From positions 5,984,001 to 6,048,000 of the forward strand of contig CAVTTN010000002.1 of assembly GCA_963737655.1 (NCBI GenBank): 64,000 bases of DNA, given 5' to 3'. The stretch is from an uncultured Planctomycetota bacterium. GTDB lineage: Bacteria > Planctomycetota > Planctomycetia > Isosphaerales > Isosphaeraceae. The notes under the pieces are model-generated. The model had not been told where the DNA came from, made no database searches, and saw only the letters and a program-made list of their open reading frames with translations. The translations under genes and the position numbers were made by a program. Positions 59,201 to 64,000 of this stretch are shown here, piece after piece (the stretch's first letter is position 1; every line of letters begins with the position of its first letter).

Positions 59201-59572
59201 GATCGCGATCGCGGCATTATCGCCCTGCGCCAGCGTATTTTGGCTCGAACCGGGCTGCGAATCTCCGTCGATGACGACGGCCCCGGTGATCGTGGGCAGG
59301 GCCGAGGCCGGCGAGATGCTCCACGTCCCGGTGGCGGCGTTGAAACCGGGGTCGGTGGCCGGGATCGCGAAGGCGATGACGTCGGGATCGGTTGGGGCGT
59401 CGGTCGCGTCGGCGTTGACCTGGCCGATCGCCCAGCGGAGCGAGCCGGGGGCGGCGTCGTCGAGGGTGTCCAGGACCGTGAAGGTCGTGCTCAGGAGCCT
59501 CCGGAGCTCGAGCACCTCGACCGGCGCGCAGCCCCCCGGCCGTCGGCCGACGTTGCTTCCTGCGCTCGCCAC
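53261..59572 (-). CDS. Giant secreted surface protein: GNxIGTD beta-helix repeats, cadherin/Ig-like, DUF11-like and Big_3-type Ig domains (frameshifts near 58405, 55800 and 54340-54390)
   Basis: VEVLELRRLLS; two GSLRxAI modules; many GNxIGTD/NVISGN repeats; GVLAND...GSFSYTP; ADLAV; GQAVTFTATV repeats. Confidence 0.8.
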
Positions 59573-59691
59573 CCCGCCTCGCCCGCGAGGCCCCGAAGAT
59601 CGGCAGGTCCATCGGCCCCGTCCCCCTCCCGTCGTCCCGACGTCGGCGATCCTTGCAGGGAGTGCCCCGGCCGGCTCCGATAGAGATTCCT

Positions 59692-59720
59692 ATTCTAACA
59701 TGTAAACTGGGTTCGTGCAA
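59692..59720 (-). promoter_or_regulatory. Sigma-70 promoter of the giant surface protein gene
   Basis: TTGCAC-17 nt-TAGAAT with TG extension on the minus strand, about 120 nt upstream of start 59572. Confidence 0.65.
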
Positions 59721-60855
59721 GCAATCCGATACGCGCGTACAGATTTCGCGGACGGAGCCGCCGACCGGGGCCGATGCCGGGCCGGGGGTGACTCGGGCCT
59801 CCCGGCCCGGGCTCAGCGCGGAGGAAGGAGGTCGAACCTCGGCCCTGGGCCGGTCCTTTCGGCCGGGCGTCGCGCTCCCAGGCCCGGGCCAGGCGGTCGA
59901 GGCCGACCCGGGCGCAGAGGTCGGCCAGGTCGAGCCGGGCGGCCGGCTCGTCGAGCCGGGCGAGGGCCTCGTCGAGCCGCCGGCCCAGGGGGATCGGGTC
60001 GAGGGCCTCGCGGAGCCTCTCGGCCGAGTCGGCGGCCTGGCGGGCCTCGGCGTCCCGTCCGGCGGCCTTCAGGGCCCGGGCCAGGCGAGACCGGGTCCGC
60101 CAGTCCTGCGGGAGCGATTGCAGGGCCCGGCCGAGCTCCTCGGCGGCGAGCTCGGGTTTGTGGTCGAATTCGAGGTCCCAGCGGCCCCGGAGGCGATCAA
60201 AACGGGCGTCGCGGACCGCGTCCGGCCAGGTTTCGAGGACGGTCCGGCCCCGGTCGGGCTGGCCGGCGTCGATCAGGGCCAGGGCGAGGGCCTCTCGGGC
60301 GGGCGCATCGGTGGGCCGAGCGTGGACGATCGCATCGAGCTCGGCGATCCGAGCCGGCCGGTCGGGGTCTCCGGGGTGAGGGGCGGCGGCGATCCGTCGG
60401 AGCAAGGCGACCCGGGCGTCGAGATCGTTCGGGTCGCTCCGCGACCACCGGGCCAGGGCCGAGCGGGCGATCGAGTCGGGAGGCTCGGCCAGGAGGGCGA
60501 GGGTCATCGCCTTGAGGATGTTCCGCCGGGCCCGCTCCGGGACCGCCTCATACGCTTTCCAGCCCTCAGCTTGCGCCTCCAATGGCCGATCCTCCACCCG
60601 GAGCACTTCCAGCCGGAGGAGCCACGGGTCGGGATCGCTCGGCTCGGCGGCGATGGCCCGAGCCAGGGCCTTCTCCGCCTCGGCCGCCTTGCCCTCGGCA
60701 AGCAGGGCGCGGGCCTCCGCCAGAGGGGCAGGCCGGGAAGGCCCGGATTGCGAGCGAACGGCCCAGACCGCCGCGACGCCGAGGGCCAGGATCACTACCC
60801 CCGCCACGGCTGGGATCACTTTCGCACGCTTTTGTGTGGAAGAAGGCTTGCTCAT
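59695..60855 (-). CDS. Membrane-anchored TPR protein (true 3' end probably earlier, near 59810-59860)
   Basis: N-terminal TM; Ala/Arg/Leu helical repeats; computed tail overlaps the downstream promoter. Confidence 0.7.
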   Translation of the reverse strand: MSKPSSTQKRAKVIPAVAGVVILALGVAAVWAVRSQSGPSRPAPLAEARALLAEGKAAEAEKALARAIAAEPSDPDPWLLRLEVLRVEDRPLEAQAEGWKAYEAVPERARRNILKAMTLALLAEPPDSIARSALARWSRSDPNDLDARVALLRRIAAAPHPGDPDRPARIAELDAIVHARPTDAPAREALALALIDAGQPDRGRTVLETWPDAVRDARFDRLRGRWDLEFDHKPELAAEELGRALQSLPQDWRTRSRLARALKAAGRDAEARQAADSAERLREALDPIPLGRRLDEALARLDEPAARLDLADLCARVGLDRLARAWERDARPKGPAQGRGSTSFLRAEPGPGGPSHPRPGIGPGRRLRPRNLYARIGLLARTQFTC

Positions 60856-60919
60856 CGGTTAGGGTGCATGAAATGCACCAATCCTGCGCGGGCCAAGCCC
60901 GCCCTTCCCCGTCCTCAGG

Positions 60920-62209
60920 TTATGTGTCCAGGCCGAATAGGTGCTTTACGGCGTTGAGGATGGGGTGGGGCTTTCCCTCGTCCGGAGGGTTTGCGGCGGC
61001 CGTTCTCAGGGCCGATCTCGGATGGTGGAGGAACTGGTTCTGGAGCCGGTGGACCAGGTGAGCGACCTTCTCCTTCTGCCCTTCGGTCAGCTCGGGGCAC
61101 GCGCCGAAGAAGCGGTCGAGCTCGCGGAGGCTCACCGCGTCGGCGTAGTCGCCGAGCTGCCGGAGCAGGGCCCCAGCGTGCTTTTTATGTCTTAAATTGG
61201 CCAAGCAAAGCGCGGTTTCCCGTTCGAGGATCGCGCGGGCCGGCTCGATCCCTTTCTTGCGGCCCTGGAGGTTCCTCTCGACCTGGGCGCGGAGGTCGTC
61301 CACGTTGTAAAGCATGACCTGGTCGGAGATTTCGCCGATCTCAGGCTCGAAGTCCCGGGGCACGGCGATGTCCAGGATCAGGGCCAGGCGATTGCGGCGT
61401 GCCCTCTGGACCCGGCCATACATGGCCTTGGTGACGATCGGCTGCTCGGCCGCCGTGGTGCTCACGACGACGTCGGCCTCGATCAGGGCTTGGCCGAGCC
61501 TGTCAAATTCGGCGACTTCGCCGTTCCACTTCGCGGCCAGGATCTGGGCCCGTTCGGGGTTGCGGTTGACGACGACGATCCGGCCGGGCTTCAGGGTCGC
61601 CAGGTGCTGGAGGGTCAGCTCGGCCATCTTGCCGGCGCCGATCACCAGGACGGTCTTGTCCCGGAAGCTGTCGAACACCTCCCGGGCCACGTCCACGGCC
61701 ACGCTCGCCACCGAGAGCTTGCCTTGATCTAAACCCGTGTCGGATCGCACTTTCTTGCCGACGCGAAGCGCGTCCTGGAACACCGAGTGGAGGATCGGCC
61801 CGACCGATTTCGCCGCCACGGCGGCCTGGTAGGCGTCACGGACCTGCCCGAGGATCTGCCCCTCGCCGAGGACGAGGCTTTCGAGGCTCGACGCCACCCG
61901 GAACAGGTGGGCGACGACCGCGTCATCATGATGGGCCACCAGATGAGGGGCGAACCCGGACGGCTCCAACGTGTGAAACTGGGCCATCCAGGCGGTCAGG
62001 GTGTCCACGGCGGGGATGGCAAGCTCGTCGTCGCTGGCGGAGTAGACCTCGACGCGGTTGCAGGTGGAAAGGAGGACGAACTCGTTGTTGGGAAAGGTGT
62101 TGTGGAGATCCTGAAGGGCACGATCATGGCCCGAGGCGTCGAAGGCGAGGGCCTCCCGGACCGCCGTGGGGGCCGATCGGTGGTCCACCCCGAGGGCCAG
62201 GAGCTTCAC
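60920..62209 (-). CDS. hemA: Glutamyl-tRNA reductase
   Basis: H..AP..VRE, LSTCNRVE, HLFRVASSLES.V.GE.QILGQV, IGAGKMA, DIAVPRD. Confidence 0.97.
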   Translation of the reverse strand: MKLLALGVDHRSAPTAVREALAFDASGHDRALQDLHNTFPNNEFVLLSTCNRVEVYSASDDELAIPAVDTLTAWMAQFHTLEPSGFAPHLVAHHDDAVVAHLFRVASSLESLVLGEGQILGQVRDAYQAAVAAKSVGPILHSVFQDALRVGKKVRSDTGLDQGKLSVASVAVDVAREVFDSFRDKTVLVIGAGKMAELTLQHLATLKPGRIVVVNRNPERAQILAAKWNGEVAEFDRLGQALIEADVVVSTTAAEQPIVTKAMYGRVQRARRNRLALILDIAVPRDFEPEIGEISDQVMLYNVDDLRAQVERNLQGRKKGIEPARAILERETALCLANLRHKKHAGALLRQLGDYADAVSLRELDRFFGACPELTEGQKEKVAHLVHRLQNQFLHHPRSALRTAAANPPDEGKPHPILNAVKHLFGLDT

Positions 62210-63069
62210 GGCCGGACCTCCGGGGCCGTCGCGACCCTCCTGCCGCCGTGGGCCGTGGGCAGGAGCAACCCCACGCCGACCATCGCGAAGGCCAGGAATG
62301 CGAACGCGACCACGGTCAGGACCATCACCCGCTTCCCCCGCCACTCCGACCGATACCTCGCGTTCAGGAGGCCCGTGAAGACGATCCATAAAGCCAGGGT
62401 GCTCAGGACTTTCGGATCGGTCCACCCCAGCACTTCCCCGCCCGCCCTCTTGGTCGCGACGATCAGGCCCAGGCCGATCAGGAGGCCCGCCGTCAGCAGG
62501 GGGAACGCCCCGGTGATCGCCCCCCGGTTCCATCGCTCGGATTGCTCCAGGCTGGGGAGGATGAACCCGATCCGGGGCGGCCGTTTGTGCTTAAGCCGAC
62601 TGGCCTGAACCAGATACATCAATCCCGCCGCGAACGCCACGCACGTGCAGACCGCCCCGGCCAGGAGCAAGAGCCCGTGGACGGCCCCCCAGAACGTCAT
62701 CCACCCGCCGCCCCAGCCGGTCCACTCGGCCCGAGGGGCCCGGCCGGCGACGACCAAAATGGCCAGGACCACCGGCAAGAGGAAGACCCCCACCGCCACC
62801 GGCCGAGGGGACCGGATCTCCAGGTACAGGTCGATCGCAACCAGAATCCACGCCAGGGCTAACAGCGATTCGAACACCGTGGTGACCGGCAGCTCGCCGA
62901 CGGTCCACGCCCGGTTGGCAAGATACGCGGTATGGACAATCCAGCCAAGCCCGGTGAGCGCCAACGTGGCATACCAGCGCCCTCGCCCCCGGACGACGAA
63001 CCGGACGAGGTCGCCGGCCAGGGCCAGGGCATAGGTGCCCCCGAAGCAAAGGACGCTCAAGCGATCCAT
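62206..63069 (-). CDS. ccsA: Cytochrome c assembly protein CcsA/HemX family
   Basis: TM helices, VHG, MYL.Q...LK, LPSLE, WTDPKV; directly upstream of hemA. Confidence 0.85.
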   Translation of the reverse strand: MDRLSVLCFGGTYALALAGDLVRFVVRGRGRWYATLALTGLGWIVHTAYLANRAWTVGELPVTTVFESLLALAWILVAIDLYLEIRSPRPVAVGVFLLPVVLAILVVAGRAPRAEWTGWGGGWMTFWGAVHGLLLLAGAVCTCVAFAAGLMYLVQASRLKHKRPPRIGFILPSLEQSERWNRGAITGAFPLLTAGLLIGLGLIVATKRAGGEVLGWTDPKVLSTLALWIVFTGLLNARYRSEWRGKRVMVLTVVAFAFLAFAMVGVGLLLPTAHGGRRVATAPEVRP

Positions 63070-63272
63070 TCCGAACAACGCCCTCCGAACCCTCGCCCGA
63101 TCGACCCCGAGGACGCATCCCGGCCATTGTAGCGAGCGGAGGGGCCAGCTCCCAGGGGCGGGCGTGGCCAATCGAGGGTCAGCCGTCATCGCTCTCGATC
63201 CGGGAGTTCCCGGGTGGCCGGACCGGGCCGATCCGAGATGGACCCGGAATCGAGAGCAACACCCGAAGGCCC

Positions 63273-63684
63273 TCAGGGCGGGAAGAGGTCGAACATCCCT
63301 TCGGCTTCACGAATCTTCAGGCGCCTGGGATGGTTGAGCTCCAGGGTCTCGACCGTGGCCCTCCCGCAAGGCGTCCGTCCATAGAGGAACGGTCCATCCC
63401 ATCGGAAATGCTCTGCCCAGAGCCTCGTTTCGGGGATGGAAAAGAGGTACGAAGGCGGCGTTTTCCGGGTCGGGGGCGTCGATGCGATCCGATTTTCGGA
63501 GATTGCACCCCGGGCAGGACCAGGCCAGGTTGTGGAGGTCTGAAGTCCCTCCCCGCGAGCGGGGACGGATGTGCTCGACGTGAAACGTTGCCCCCTGGAG
63601 GGCCTGATGCATCCGGCAATACTCGCAACGATCCCCGGCCCGATCGCGGACGAACCGGATCGTCTCGGCCGAGGGGCCGCTCAT
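63273..63684 (-). CDS. HNH endonuclease (frameshift near 63425)
   Basis: RAGDRCEYC, VEHIRPRSRGG, NLAWSCPGCNLRK, LFHPR, then WAEHF.W...G.TPCGRAT...L. Confidence 0.85.
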
Positions 63685-63911
63685 CCGGGAGACTGCCCCA
63701 GGAGCCGAATCGCCTGGGCCCGGACCAGCGCCAGCGATTCGCTCCACTCGACGAGGGTTCGCAGCTCCTCGACTTCTTCGGAAGTCAAATCCCCTTCGGT
63801 ATTTCGGTCCATGAGGTCTTGCAGCCGACGATCGGCCCGAGGAGGCAGCCGGAGGGCCGCGACGTCCTGGATCATCTCCCGAGGGGCAGGGAGCGTGGGG
63901 GAAGTATTCAT
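63681..63911 (-). CDS. Small helical protein coupled to the HNH gene (antitoxin-like)
   Basis: 76 aa RLQDLMDRNTEGDLTSEEVEEL; ATGA overlap with HNH. Confidence 0.7.
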   Translation of the reverse strand: MNTSPTLPAPREMIQDVAALRLPPRADRRLQDLMDRNTEGDLTSEEVEELRTLVEWSESLALVRAQAIRLLGQSPG

Positions 63912-64000
63912 GGTCTCCAGAGTACCACAAGGACTCTGCTCAAACCAGTTCTCCGAACGTTCTCAGGTGGGGCGGGATTTCGAGTCATCCACCCATTCCT

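Overview
GC-rich bacterial DNA with Planctomycetota hallmarks: ECF sigma/Ser-Thr kinase pairs, PSCyt/PSD1-DUF1501 genes, LExLExR-type secreted giants and ccsA-hemA. An Isosphaeraceae-like origin is an inference. About 25 genes are split by single-base frameshifts, most likely long-read assembly errors, so split ORFs are joined here. Layout: (1) 0-14.3 kb is a co-directional cluster of unknown function: AhpD-like CxxC protein, APC amino-acid permease, a 132-aa protein of 16 IxxNQxx heptads followed by a perfect 14-bp hairpin, a Cys-rich NitT/TauT ABC importer, two FG-GAP/ASPIC-UnbV proteins, an UnbU/RnfD-like membrane protein, a glutaminase-less asparagine-synthetase-like ligase and a RaSEA-like radical SAM enzyme. 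This is the best candidate for an undescribed system. (2) 15.8-28.7 kb has an ECF/kinase pair divergent from a double-glycine Thr/Ser-rich peptide with HlyD and an apparently fused two-in-one NHLM-type C39/ABC exporter, with no maturases. (3) 29-37 kb has a second ECF/kinase pair divergent from an RclC-like/catalase-like stress operon. (4) 37-43.7 kb is a decaying locus with an IS630-derived element whose transposase core is replaced by a secreted LRR gene. (5) 43.7-59.6 kb has two giant secreted repeat proteins around a third ECF/kinase pair. (6) The end holds a TPR gene, hemA, ccsA and an HNH/small-protein pair. No rRNA, tRNA or CRISPR array was seen. Family assignments come from motif recognition only; no searches were run.
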